Positions 8,504-17,145 of a stretch of 20,000 nt of DNA are shown here, piece after piece (the first letter of the stretch is position 1; each line of letters starts with the position of its first letter). The notes beneath the pieces were generated by a model. It was not told where the DNA came from. It ran no database searches and saw only the letters and a list, made by a program, of their open reading frames with translations. This DNA comes from an uncultured virus (IMG/VR IMGVR_UViG_2757320372_000001) (Duplodnaviria > Heunggongvirae > Uroviricota > Caudoviricetes). A program made the translations under genes and the position numbers. The DNA lies in IMG/VR virus record IMGVR_UViG_2757320372_000001; one strand, written 5' to 3'.

Positions 8504-8527
8504 AAACCCGCGAAAGCGGGTTTTTTT
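8504..8527 (+). terminator. Rho-independent terminator (part of 30-bp repeat copy 2, 8505-8534)
   Basis: AAACCCGC-GAAA-GCGGGTTT TTTT. Confidence 0.88.
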
Positions 8528-8538
8528 ATGGGTGAAAT

Positions 8539-9138
8539 ATGGCTGAAGTGATGACCCGAATTGAGCTGGGTGGTGTGCTCGGTCGCACCTTCGGCAAGGT
8601 TCACTATCGTTCCATAACCCGGACTCAGGAGGCGTGTCGAGCACTTGCGGCAACTGTGAAAGGCTTTGAGTCGTTCATGATCACCAGTAAAAAGCGCGGC
8701 CTCACGTTCTCAGTTTTTCGCGGTAAAACCAATGTCGGATTTGAAGAGCTGAGTTATCCGGTTACAGGCGAGACGATCAAAATCGTCCCTGTGATGATTG
8801 GCAGTAAACGCAGCGGATTGTTTCAAACCATCATCGGCGCTGTTCTGGTCGTTGTCGGTGTGGCCATCAGTTATTTCACAGGAGGTACAGCCTCAGCAGT
8901 CGGAGCCGGGATCGCGAAATTCGGTGCGGCGATGGTTATCGGCGGCGTTATCCAGATGCTTTCCCCTCAGCCGCCAGGCCTCGCACACAAAGACGATGCG
9001 GACAACGCGCCTTCCTATGCTTTTGGTCCCGCCGTGAATACCGCCGCTCAGGGCTATCCCGTTCCGCTTTTGTATGGCCAGCGCCGAATAGGTGGCGCTG
9101 TGATTTCAGGTGGCGTCTATGTCGAAGATCAGCAGTGA
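8539..9138 (+). CDS. I: Tail assembly protein I, copy 1
   Basis: IELGGVLGRTFG...GSKRSGLFQTIIGAVLV...GGVIQMLSPQ...SYAFG..VNTAAQGYPVPLLYG.RRIGGAVISGG. Confidence 0.92.
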   Translation: MAEVMTRIELGGVLGRTFGKVHYRSITRTQEACRALAATVKGFESFMITSKKRGLTFSVFRGKTNVGFEELSYPVTGETIKIVPVMIGSKRSGLFQTIIGAVLVVVGVAISYFTGGTASAVGAGIAKFGAAMVIGGVIQMLSPQPPGLAHKDDADNAPSYAFGPAVNTAAQGYPVPLLYGQRRIGGAVISGGVYVEDQQ

Positions 9139-9147
9139 GGAACAAGA

Positions 9148-9738
9148 ATGGCTGAGGTGATGACGCGGATCGAACTGGGCGGGATATTGGGTAAGACATT
9201 CGGCAAGGTCCATCACCGAATGATTTCGAAAACTCAGGAGGCAGCTCCAGCGCTTGCAGCAACGATTAAAGGGTTTGAAAAATTCATGATTTCGAGCCGA
9301 AAGCGAGGACTGACGTTTTCTGTTTTTACCGGGAAACGCAACATCGGCTTCGATGATCTCAAAAAGTCAGTGTCAGGTGATGTGATCCGAATTATGCCGG
9401 TCATCATCGGCAGCAAACGCGCCGGACTATTACAAACGATTGTAGGCGTTGCACTCATTGCGATTGCGGTTTTCGCGCCCTGGGGATCAGCAATTGCCGG
9501 AAGTAATTTCGTCTTTCAGGCTGGGGTTGCAGTAACGCTAGGCGGTGTCGTGCAAATGCTGTCGCCTCAGGCTCAGGGATTGTCATACAAAGACGATTCA
9601 GATAACCAGCCTTCTTATGCTTTCGGCTCTCCAACTAACACCGCCTCACAGGGCTATCCTGTTCCTTTGCTTTACGGTCAGCGCCGAATCGGTGGGGCGA
9701 TAGTCTCAGCCGGAATTTACGTCGAAGACCAGCAATAA
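9148..9738 (+). CDS. I: Tail assembly protein I, copy 2
   Basis: Same motif set as copy 1, full length, with its own RBS (GAGGA). Confidence 0.92.
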   Translation: MAEVMTRIELGGILGKTFGKVHHRMISKTQEAAPALAATIKGFEKFMISSRKRGLTFSVFTGKRNIGFDDLKKSVSGDVIRIMPVIIGSKRAGLLQTIVGVALIAIAVFAPWGSAIAGSNFVFQAGVAVTLGGVVQMLSPQAQGLSYKDDSDNQPSYAFGSPTNTASQGYPVPLLYGQRRIGGAIVSAGIYVEDQQ

Positions 9739-9754
9739 ATTTTGTCATCCGAAC

Positions 9755-9778
9755 AGACCGCTCCGGCGGTCTTTTTTT
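9755..9778 (+). terminator. Rho-independent terminator between I and J
   Basis: AGACCGC-TCCG-GCGGTCT TTTTTT. Confidence 0.8.
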
Positions 9779-9789
9779 ATGGGCGCGAT

Positions 9790-12700
9790 ATGGCAAAGAA
9801 AATCATTTCAGGGAAAAAGGGTGGTTCAACATCATCGCGAACACCTGTTGAACAGCCTGACGATCTTCAATCGGTTGCAAAAGAGAAAATCCTCCTCGCC
9901 CTCGGTGAAGGTGAATTTGCGGGAGAGCTGACAGGGCAGAACATCTTTCTGGATGGAACACCGCTTCTGAATGCCGATGGCTCAAGCAACTTCAGCGGGG
10001 TGAACTGGGATTTTCGTTCCGGTACTCAGGACCAGACTTATATTCAGGGATTACCGGGTACTGAAAACGAAATTTCAGTTGGAACAACCATCACTGAAAC
10101 ATCAGGGTTTACCCGAACTTTTACTGATTCAACACTTTCAGCCATTCGTTTAAGGATCCAGTGGCCATCGCTTTTTGAACAGGAAGATAACGGCGACCTG
10201 AACGGCTATTCCATTGCTTATAACATCGCTGTATCTACGGACGGCGGCGCATTTCAGACCGTAATTGATACCGCTGTAACTGGGAAAACGACGACAGGTT
10301 ATGAACGAAGTCATCGGGTCGATCTTCCTCAGGATGGTTCGACCTGGACTGTTCGCCTGACGCGGACCACAGCTGTTCAGAATTCAGCGCGTTTCGGAGA
10401 CACAATGACCCTTGAGAGTTACACGGAGGTCATTGATGCGAAGTTGCGTTATCCGAATACCGCACTTCTTTACATGGAATTTGATTCAAGCCAGTTCTCA
10501 GGGAACGTTCCTCAGATTACCTGTGAACCGAAAGGGCGGATGATTCGTGTCCCTGATAATTATGATCCTGACAGCCGGACCTATACAGGGGAATGGGACG
10601 GAACATTTAAAATTGCCTGGACCGATAATCCCGCCTGGGTCTTTTATGATTTGGTGGTGACAGACCGATTCGGCTTAGGTGACAGGCTGACCGCAGACAA
10701 CATCGATAAGTGGACGCTTTACACGGTCGCTCAATACTGTGATGAGCTGGTTCCAGATGGTCTCGGAGGTTCAGGTACTGAGCCGCGCTTTAAATGTGAT
10801 GTCTATGTTCAGAACCGATCTGATGCTTATACGGTCTTTCGGGATTTCGCCGCCATATTTCGCGGGATGACGTATTGGTCCGGCGATCAGATTGTTGCCC
10901 TGGCTGATATGCCGCGTGACGTCGATTACAACTACACAAACGCAAACGTCATCGATGGCCAGTTTGCTTACTCAAGCTCAAACACTAAAACTCGTTACAC
11001 CTCCGCGCTGGTTTCCTATTCGGATCCTGATAACGGTTATGCGAATGCGGTTCAACCTGTCTTTGAACCGGATTTAGTCACGCGGTACAAAACCTTCAAC
11101 CAGCTCGAATTAACCGCGATAGCCTGTACCCGACAAAGCGAGGCTGACAGGCGAGGCCGCTGGGGGATCCTGACTAATTCTCAGGACAGGATCGTAACAT
11201 TCCAGGTCGGCTTAGACGGTGATATTCCGTTGCCGGGTTATATCATCGCGGTTGCAGATGAATATCTGTCCGGGCGCGTAGCAGGAGGGCGGATCAGCAG
11301 CGTAAACGGTCGAGTGATTACGCTCGACAGAACGCCTGATGCACTTGAAGGAGACAGATTACAGCTTAACTTGCCCTCAGGAACGTCTGAGGCGAGAACG
11401 ATAGAATCCATCGCAGAAAATATCGTGACGGTCTCTGTTGCCTATTCTGAAACACCTGAAGCTGAATCAGTATGGGTCGTTGAGTCTACTGAGGTATTAG
11501 CTCAGCTCTATCGTGTCTCGATGATCTCAATCGATGATGACGGGAATTTCAGTATTACTGGCAGCGCTTACGATCCATCGAAATATGATGCGATTGATAA
11601 TGGTGCTCAGCTCGACTCAAGACCAATAAGCGTCATACCGGCAGGAACACAGAACGCTCCTCAGAACATTGTGATTGATGAATACAGTGTTGTGAATCAG
11701 GGTATCAGTCTTCAGACAATGCGCGTCCAGTGGGATCCAACACCTAACGCCCTGGCATATGAAGCGCAGTGGCGACGAAATTCAAGCAACTGGATTAACG
11801 TTCCTCGCACCTCAACGATTTCTTTTGAGGTTCCGGCGATTTATACCGGAACGTATCAGGTCAGGGTGAGGGCGATTAACGCCGCAGAAATTTCTTCAGG
11901 TTGGTCAACTTCAGCGCTCACTGAGTTAACTGGCAAAGTCGGGAACCCGCCATTGCCCGTTGGGTTCAGTGCAACAACTAATGTTGTCTGGGGAATCACA
12001 CTTTCATGGGGTTTCCCCGATAACACTGAGGATACGCTTAAGACAACGATTCAGTACGCGACAAACGCTGAAGGGACAGATGCGACATTGCTTTCAGATG
12101 TCGCTTATCCGAGTCATGTTTATGTGATGCAAGGTCTGTTAGCCGGTCAGGGATTTTGGTTCAGGGCGCAGCTGGTGGACAAGACAGGGAATCAGTCTGG
12201 CTTCACTGACTGGATCCACGGGGAAGCGTCTGAAAACATCCCCGACATCATCGGCGACATCAGTAAGCAAATTGAGGATTCCCCCGCTTTTCAGGGGATC
12301 AACCGCGATTTATCCAGCAATGCGGCTGCAATACTCGAAAATGCTTTAGCGAATAACGCGACCGTTAATCGTCAATATGCGCAATATGGCGAGGTGAAAG
12401 CTGAAATCCTCACGGTAAGTACGACGATTGCTGACACAAACCAGGCACTGGCAGACCTTGAAACGCAATTAACCGCTGAGATCGGTGAAACTCAGGCGTT
12501 GATTGATGAAAAGCTGACGGCGAATGTCACTGATGACGGAACAGCTTCAGCAACGTTTGCTCTTGAAGTCGGTGTAACGCGAAGCGGAACATTCTATTCA
12601 GGTGGGATGGCAATTGGTATCGCACCGAATGCATCAGGAAGCTATGTCTCAACAGTGGTGTTTGATGCTGACCAGTTCGGGATTTATTCAGGGGGAACTC

Positions 12701-13392
12701 CAGGAAATTATCAACTCGCATTCAGTGTTTTCAATGGTCAGACATTCATCAATCAGGCATTTATTCAGGATGCCTCGATAACGAATGCGAAAATTGGGGA
12801 TTTCATTCAGTCGAACAATTATGTCTCAGGTTCGACAGGATGGAGTATTAACAAGAATGGAGGCGCTGAATTCTCGAATGTTACGATTCGGGGAACAGTC
12901 ATTGCGACGACAGGACAACTTTCGAATGTCGTTGTCGATTCAACCTGTACTGTTCAAAGTCTGAGAGCTGAGAATATTCAGGGTGATTTATTAATAGCTT
13001 CGGAATTCGCAAATAACAAAGTTATTGGAGCACGAAATAACCCTAATGCAATTGTTCAAAATCAGCTTTACCCAATCGTAAGTTTTAGCGGTGCTCCATT
13101 TGTCCGAAGGCTGACATTTACAAATCTTGTGAATTTTATTCAATCTCAACGAAATGTAATTCAATTAGTCACAACTACTGGTGTTGTAGTTGACAGTTTC
13201 GACACAGGGAACCCTCCAAGTGGAGGAAACACTATACCTAGAAGTATATCAGTCTCTATACCAGCAACATCTTACGATGTAACGGAAGTTTTATATGTCA
13301 GGTGGACATCTCGCGGGGGGGCATTCGAAGCGGACTTTAACGGAAATGTCTTTGTTTTTAAATCATCAAGTGCTATCACATGGGATATATAG
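9790..13392 (+). CDS. J: Host specificity / central tail fibre protein J
   Basis: ATG 9790; GKKGG, LGEGE, LRYPNTAL, AWTDNPAW..YD, EPRF.C, FnIII-like YQVRVRAIN, FIQDASITNAKIGDFIQSNNYVSG..GW.INKNG.AEF. Confidence 0.95.
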   Translation: MAKKIISGKKGGSTSSRTPVEQPDDLQSVAKEKILLALGEGEFAGELTGQNIFLDGTPLLNADGSSNFSGVNWDFRSGTQDQTYIQGLPGTENEISVGTTITETSGFTRTFTDSTLSAIRLRIQWPSLFEQEDNGDLNGYSIAYNIAVSTDGGAFQTVIDTAVTGKTTTGYERSHRVDLPQDGSTWTVRLTRTTAVQNSARFGDTMTLESYTEVIDAKLRYPNTALLYMEFDSSQFSGNVPQITCEPKGRMIRVPDNYDPDSRTYTGEWDGTFKIAWTDNPAWVFYDLVVTDRFGLGDRLTADNIDKWTLYTVAQYCDELVPDGLGGSGTEPRFKCDVYVQNRSDAYTVFRDFAAIFRGMTYWSGDQIVALADMPRDVDYNYTNANVIDGQFAYSSSNTKTRYTSALVSYSDPDNGYANAVQPVFEPDLVTRYKTFNQLELTAIACTRQSEADRRGRWGILTNSQDRIVTFQVGLDGDIPLPGYIIAVADEYLSGRVAGGRISSVNGRVITLDRTPDALEGDRLQLNLPSGTSEARTIESIAENIVTVSVAYSETPEAESVWVVESTEVLAQLYRVSMISIDDDGNFSITGSAYDPSKYDAIDNGAQLDSRPISVIPAGTQNAPQNIVIDEYSVVNQGISLQTMRVQWDPTPNALAYEAQWRRNSSNWINVPRTSTISFEVPAIYTGTYQVRVRAINAAEISSGWSTSALTELTGKVGNPPLPVGFSATTNVVWGITLSWGFPDNTEDTLKTTIQYATNAEGTDATLLSDVAYPSHVYVMQGLLAGQGFWFRAQLVDKTGNQSGFTDWIHGEASENIPDIIGDISKQIEDSPAFQGINRDLSSNAAAILENALANNATVNRQYAQYGEVKAEILTVSTTIADTNQALADLETQLTAEIGETQALIDEKLTANVTDDGTASATFALEVGVTRSGTFYSGGMAIGIAPNASGSYVSTVVFDADQFGIYSGGTPGNYQLAFSVFNGQTFINQAFIQDASITNAKIGDFIQSNNYVSGSTGWSINKNGGAEFSNVTIRGTVIATTGQLSNVVVDSTCTVQSLRAENIQGDLLIASEFANNKVIGARNNPNAIVQNQLYPIVSFSGAPFVRRLTFTNLVNFIQSQRNVIQLVTTTGVVVDSFDTGNPPSGGNTIPRSISVSIPATSYDVTEVLYVRWTSRGGAFEADFNGNVFVFKSSSAITWDI

Positions 13393-13399
13393 AGGATAT

Positions 13400-13804
13400 A
13401 TGACATATTTTATCGGATCAGCGAATGTTGGTAATAAAGTTATTGGTGCTGCAAATAACCCAAACTCAATTGTTCAGAATCAGCTTTATCCAATCTGCCA
13501 GTTTCCTTCAGCAAATATTGCCAGGAAATTGACATTTTCTGATCCTGTCCAATTTATTCAATCACAACGAAATGTGATTGAATTCGTAAATGAAAGTGGT
13601 GATGTTGTTTTTTCATTTGATACAGGAAATCCTCCGTCAGGTGGTAATACGATTAATGAAATTGTAACTGTAGAAATTCCTGCATCAGAAGCAGAGGTTC
13701 AAACCCTAAGCGTTCGTTGGACATCACGCGGAGGCGCTTTTGAAGCGGTATTTACAGGGAATATTTTCGTCTTTGAGGCTGATGAAGCAGTGACCTGGCT
13801 TTAA
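13400..13804 (+). CDS. Stand-alone paralog of the C-terminal domain of J, 134 aa
   Basis: RBS AGAGGA followed by ATG 13400; shares NKVIGA.NNPN.IVQNQLYPI, FIQSQRNVI, SFDTGNPPSGGNTI, VRWTSRGGAFEA.F.GN.FVF with the last ~130 aa of J. Confidence 0.88.
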   Translation: MTYFIGSANVGNKVIGAANNPNSIVQNQLYPICQFPSANIARKLTFSDPVQFIQSQRNVIEFVNESGDVVFSFDTGNPPSGGNTINEIVTVEIPASEAEVQTLSVRWTSRGGAFEAVFTGNIFVFEADEAVTWL

Positions 13805-13812
13805 ATGAAACA

Positions 13813-13840
13813 GGAGCCTGCTATGCAGGCTTCTTTTTTT
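13813..13840 (+). terminator. Rho-independent terminator
   Basis: GGAGCCTGC-TAT-GCAGGCTTC TTTTTTT. Confidence 0.75.
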
Positions 13841-13859
13841 AATATTTTGGGGTTCTTCT

Positions 13860-16800
13860 ATGTCAGTCGGCTCTTTATCATTAACGAATGGCTCAGCGTC
13901 AGTCGTCGGAACGGGAACGACTTTTACAACTGATCTCAGTTCTGGTGATTTCATTATCTTTGTGATTGGAGGAACAACTTACACTTATCCTGTTCTCAGT
14001 ATTCAGTCTGACACGGCTCTAACGCTCGTTGATGATTTCGACGGACCCACAACATCAACTGTCAGTTACAGTGCCGTCCCGAGTGGAGAAATGGTTTCCG
14101 TTCCGATGGAACTCATTTATCAGAGCACTCGGGCAATTCGCGGGCTGAATCTTGATAAAGAAAACTGGCAACAGGTTTACTCATCAGCCGATCAGATCAC
14201 AGTGAATCTTCCAGACGGTTCAACTTTCACAGGGCCGAGCTGGTTAGAGGTTTCACGCGGAATCGATGCGACGAATCTTGATGCCGCGAATGCGATTGCT
14301 GATCGAATGGATGCAAGCGCCGCCACATCACAACAGGCCGCAGATTCAGCGGCTGCTTCTGAGACCGCAGCCGCGCAAAGCGCAACAGATGCAGCAACGA
14401 GCGAACAAAACGCGGCTGTTAGTGCAAATCAGGCCGCAAGTTCAGCTTCAAATATCGCTGATAGTGTGAGTCAGGCGGCTCAATCTGCGAGCGATGCAGC
14501 CGCAAGCGCAACAGCAGCGGCAACCAGCGAGACTAACGCCGCTACCAGTGAAACTAACGCGGCGAATTCAGCAACGGCAGCGGCAGGAAGCGAACAAAGC
14601 GTTGCTGATAATGCAGCAGCAGCGGCCACCAGCGAAACCAACGCCGCCAACTCAGCAACAGCAGCGGCAGGTTCAGCAGCTAATGCTTCAACCAGCGAAA
14701 CCAACGCCGCAACCAGTGAATCGAACGCCGCTGATAGCGCCACCAGCGCCGCAAATGATGCCCAAACCGCGACGGATTCTATTCAGCAGACTCTAACAAA
14801 CGCTCAGGACGCTCAAACCCAGGCTGACAGGGCAACAACTGAGGCAGACAGGGCGACAACGGAGGCTGATAAGCTCGGTAATACAAATGATTTCGCCGCG
14901 ATCCTCGATACCATCGATATTGATAATGCTGATGTGACATTCAAAGGGAATGTTGCCGGTGCGGATGCGGTTGATAATAACGATTTCGTTACGCTCTCTC
15001 AGTTAACGCTCGCGACTGAACAACAGCCATTAAACGCTGATACGTTTGCTGACCTAGCAACGTTGGTTCCCGCTGAGGAAGGGCATTTAGCCTTACTGAG
15101 AGAATACAATTCAGGAACGGGTCAGGGCGGGGGAACGTTTATCGCTGTAGCTGGTGCAGGAACCAGTGATCTCGGAATGACTCAATCTGTAAATGATGAT
15201 TTCCATTGGGTGCGATACATCGATCCGGCGAAAGCTGATGTAACGATGTTTGGCGCGGTTGCAGATGGTACAACAGATTGCGCTGACGCTGTCACAGCGA
15301 TGTTCAACTGGTATACAGGAAGCGGTAATATTTTCCAGCGAATCGGCATTCAGTTTCCCGCTGGGGAGTTTGCTATTTCATCAATGCCCGCCTCAACGAC
15401 ACAAATTCCGATGTTCCGCTGTGTGGGTTTGGGCCATGACCAATTAGGCTACAACAACGCTACGCGCCTTTGGTTGATTGGTGACGCTGACTCTATCTGT
15501 TTTGATGTCGTTGCACGCTGGACAGAGATCGGAAATTTCCAGATTCAGGGAGATGGTCTTGCCGGTGACACGGTCGTTCGTCATTTTTTCCGAAATTCCG
15601 TAACACAAGGTCAGCATGTCCGCGTTTTCAATATGTACATCCAGGATGTTTACGGTCGGATGTTCCAGCTGATTGATAGCCTGGATTCTAAATTCAGCCA
15701 GGTTTACGCTCAACGTGGCCATGACAACCTGATTCGTGTTCTCGCCTCAGGTGAGCTGTCCTGGGACCATTCAACAGCAATCGAAATTTCTAACTCAACA
15801 ATTCAGAGTTTCGTCGGCACAAGCGATCAGGATGGCGTTTTCTTCATTCCTCACTGTACTCAGGCGATGATGTGGAATGTCTGGATTGAGTTTTGTGATT
15901 ACCCTGGAAACCTGACTAACGGTGAATGGGCGCTTCATTCGCTTGCGATGGAATCGAACACCAATCCGCTCTATATGGGGCAGACCCGTTTAGCTCAATA
16001 CAGTTGCAGTAACGCAAACGGGGCAGGGATCGACATCACGACTGACAAGAGCGTGAATAACATCACTGGGGAGCCTGAAACAAACACATTATCCTCTTAT
16101 GAAGCTGGACAGGTATCGATCTATTCTCACGGCATTTATGCCAATGCATCGTTACAGGAATCCCTTCATTACACAGGGAAAATGTATTCAAATTCAGGTA
16201 GCGGATCGGCTGTCTGGATTAATGTTGGCTATTTCGTTGGGGCAGCGACAGCCGAAACTTACCGAATTCATTTTGTTACGCGCAATGGTTTTGCCACTCC
16301 ATCTTCATCAAACGGGGGATTAGAAGGCGATTGTGTGGTTACGATTCAGAACCGGGGCGCAACAACGAATACTGTTACATGGCATGGCCAGCGAGGAACC
16401 TCAGGGATCCTGGCGGTTCGATATGAAAAACCCTTTACCTCAGATACGCGGCTTTATGTCCAGCTTGCCGGATTCAGTCGAATGGGTGTCCGAGTCACCT
16501 CGACAGGAACAACCCGACTAGACGCAGGTGTTCATAGCTATGTTAACTGGACCATGACAGAGATCAGCAGTGATGATCTGAGTGCGATTACAGACCTTCA
16601 GACACCGATAAGCGTGAATACCTGGGGAACAACTACAGCAGGAATTATCGCGGATGGTGATAATACACTGTTAGATTTTTACACAACTCAGGTGACAGAA
16701 AACAGCACCACAAAAATCGCTGTTAAGGTCAACGGAACAGAAGGGAGAATACCTTTCACGACTGGGAATTTCCTGAATATCGGACATTGGCGCGTTGCTG

Positions 16801-16976
16801 ATTTGCTCGCAGCTTCTGCAACGTTGGGAGATATTACCAGCGTTAACACCTTTACTGATCAAACGGGAACATCCCTTGTTGAGCAGGTTGTGTATTATGA
16901 CGGCACAAGATGGATTTCTTTAGATGGACAACATGTTGTGATCAGTGATGGTACAACTTCACCTGTTTCTTCGTGA
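13860..16976 (+). CDS. Side tail fibre / tailspike with a C-terminal beta-helix, AmsF/WceF-like polysaccharide depolymerase domain
   Basis: Phage anchor N-terminus (GSLSLTNGSASVVGTGTTF, ITVNLPDGSTFTGPSW); Stf-like Ala/Ser/Thr stalk; beta-helix cap VTMFGAVADGTTD...IQFPAGEF; WDHSTAIEISN and WIEFCDYPGNLTNGEW resemble AmsF/WceF as I recall them. Confidence 0.8.
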   Translation: MSVGSLSLTNGSASVVGTGTTFTTDLSSGDFIIFVIGGTTYTYPVLSIQSDTALTLVDDFDGPTTSTVSYSAVPSGEMVSVPMELIYQSTRAIRGLNLDKENWQQVYSSADQITVNLPDGSTFTGPSWLEVSRGIDATNLDAANAIADRMDASAATSQQAADSAAASETAAAQSATDAATSEQNAAVSANQAASSASNIADSVSQAAQSASDAAASATAAATSETNAATSETNAANSATAAAGSEQSVADNAAAAATSETNAANSATAAAGSAANASTSETNAATSESNAADSATSAANDAQTATDSIQQTLTNAQDAQTQADRATTEADRATTEADKLGNTNDFAAILDTIDIDNADVTFKGNVAGADAVDNNDFVTLSQLTLATEQQPLNADTFADLATLVPAEEGHLALLREYNSGTGQGGGTFIAVAGAGTSDLGMTQSVNDDFHWVRYIDPAKADVTMFGAVADGTTDCADAVTAMFNWYTGSGNIFQRIGIQFPAGEFAISSMPASTTQIPMFRCVGLGHDQLGYNNATRLWLIGDADSICFDVVARWTEIGNFQIQGDGLAGDTVVRHFFRNSVTQGQHVRVFNMYIQDVYGRMFQLIDSLDSKFSQVYAQRGHDNLIRVLASGELSWDHSTAIEISNSTIQSFVGTSDQDGVFFIPHCTQAMMWNVWIEFCDYPGNLTNGEWALHSLAMESNTNPLYMGQTRLAQYSCSNANGAGIDITTDKSVNNITGEPETNTLSSYEAGQVSIYSHGIYANASLQESLHYTGKMYSNSGSGSAVWINVGYFVGAATAETYRIHFVTRNGFATPSSSNGGLEGDCVVTIQNRGATTNTVTWHGQRGTSGILAVRYEKPFTSDTRLYVQLAGFSRMGVRVTSTGTTRLDAGVHSYVNWTMTEISSDDLSAITDLQTPISVNTWGTTTAGIIADGDNTLLDFYTTQVTENSTTKIAVKVNGTEGRIPFTTGNFLNIGHWRVADLLAASATLGDITSVNTFTDQTGTSLVEQVVYYDGTRWISLDGQHVVISDGTTSPVSS
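14310..14870 (+). repeat. Coding low-complexity repeats of the fibre stalk (bounds approximate)
   Basis: Repeated AATSETNA / AANSATAAAGS units and DRATTEA x2. Confidence 0.8.
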
Positions 16977-16986
16977 ATCCTTTATC

Positions 16987-17012
16987 AGCCCGCAATCAAA
17001 AGCGGGCTTTTT
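16987..17012 (+). terminator. Rho-independent terminator ending the tail operon
   Basis: AGCCCGC-aatcaaaa-GCGGGCT TTTT. Confidence 0.7.
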
Positions 17013-17145
17013 GACAAAGACCGACATTCAAAAATGAAAGATTCAGACAACAGAAATTCACCAAAATTCGCATAGATTGGGAGTTGAGTTTTGATAAGGT
17101 TCTTAGAATGTTGTGAATATTCCAATAAAAGCAGGGTTATTCACA

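Noticed and set aside
9742..9789. TTG start extending J by 16 aa
   Set aside because: It runs through a terminator hairpin; ATG 9790 gives the typical J N-terminus
13295..13400. G7 run at 13315-13321 in J, with the +1 frame open into the J-tip paralog (possible phase-variable fusion), and the ORF-track start at 13295
   Set aside because: An open stretch of about 26 codons can occur by chance, G7 is short, and a fusion would truncate the first domain. ATG 13400 has a good RBS and matches the homology boundary
12990..13804. Diversity-generating retroelement (TR/VR) or invertible cassette as an explanation for the J-tip duplication
   Set aside because: Differences are not adenine-specific, the copies are in direct orientation, and no reverse transcriptase or invertase is present in the window
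14266..14796. Gln-rich and antisense Ala-rich ORFs, and repeats that might suggest an array
   Set aside because: These are shadow frames of the fibre-stalk coding repeats, with no CRISPR-like repeat-spacer structure
97..16862. Numerous short alternate-frame and antisense ORFs inside tail genes
   Set aside because: They are nested in or largely overlap well-supported genes and show no recognisable motifs
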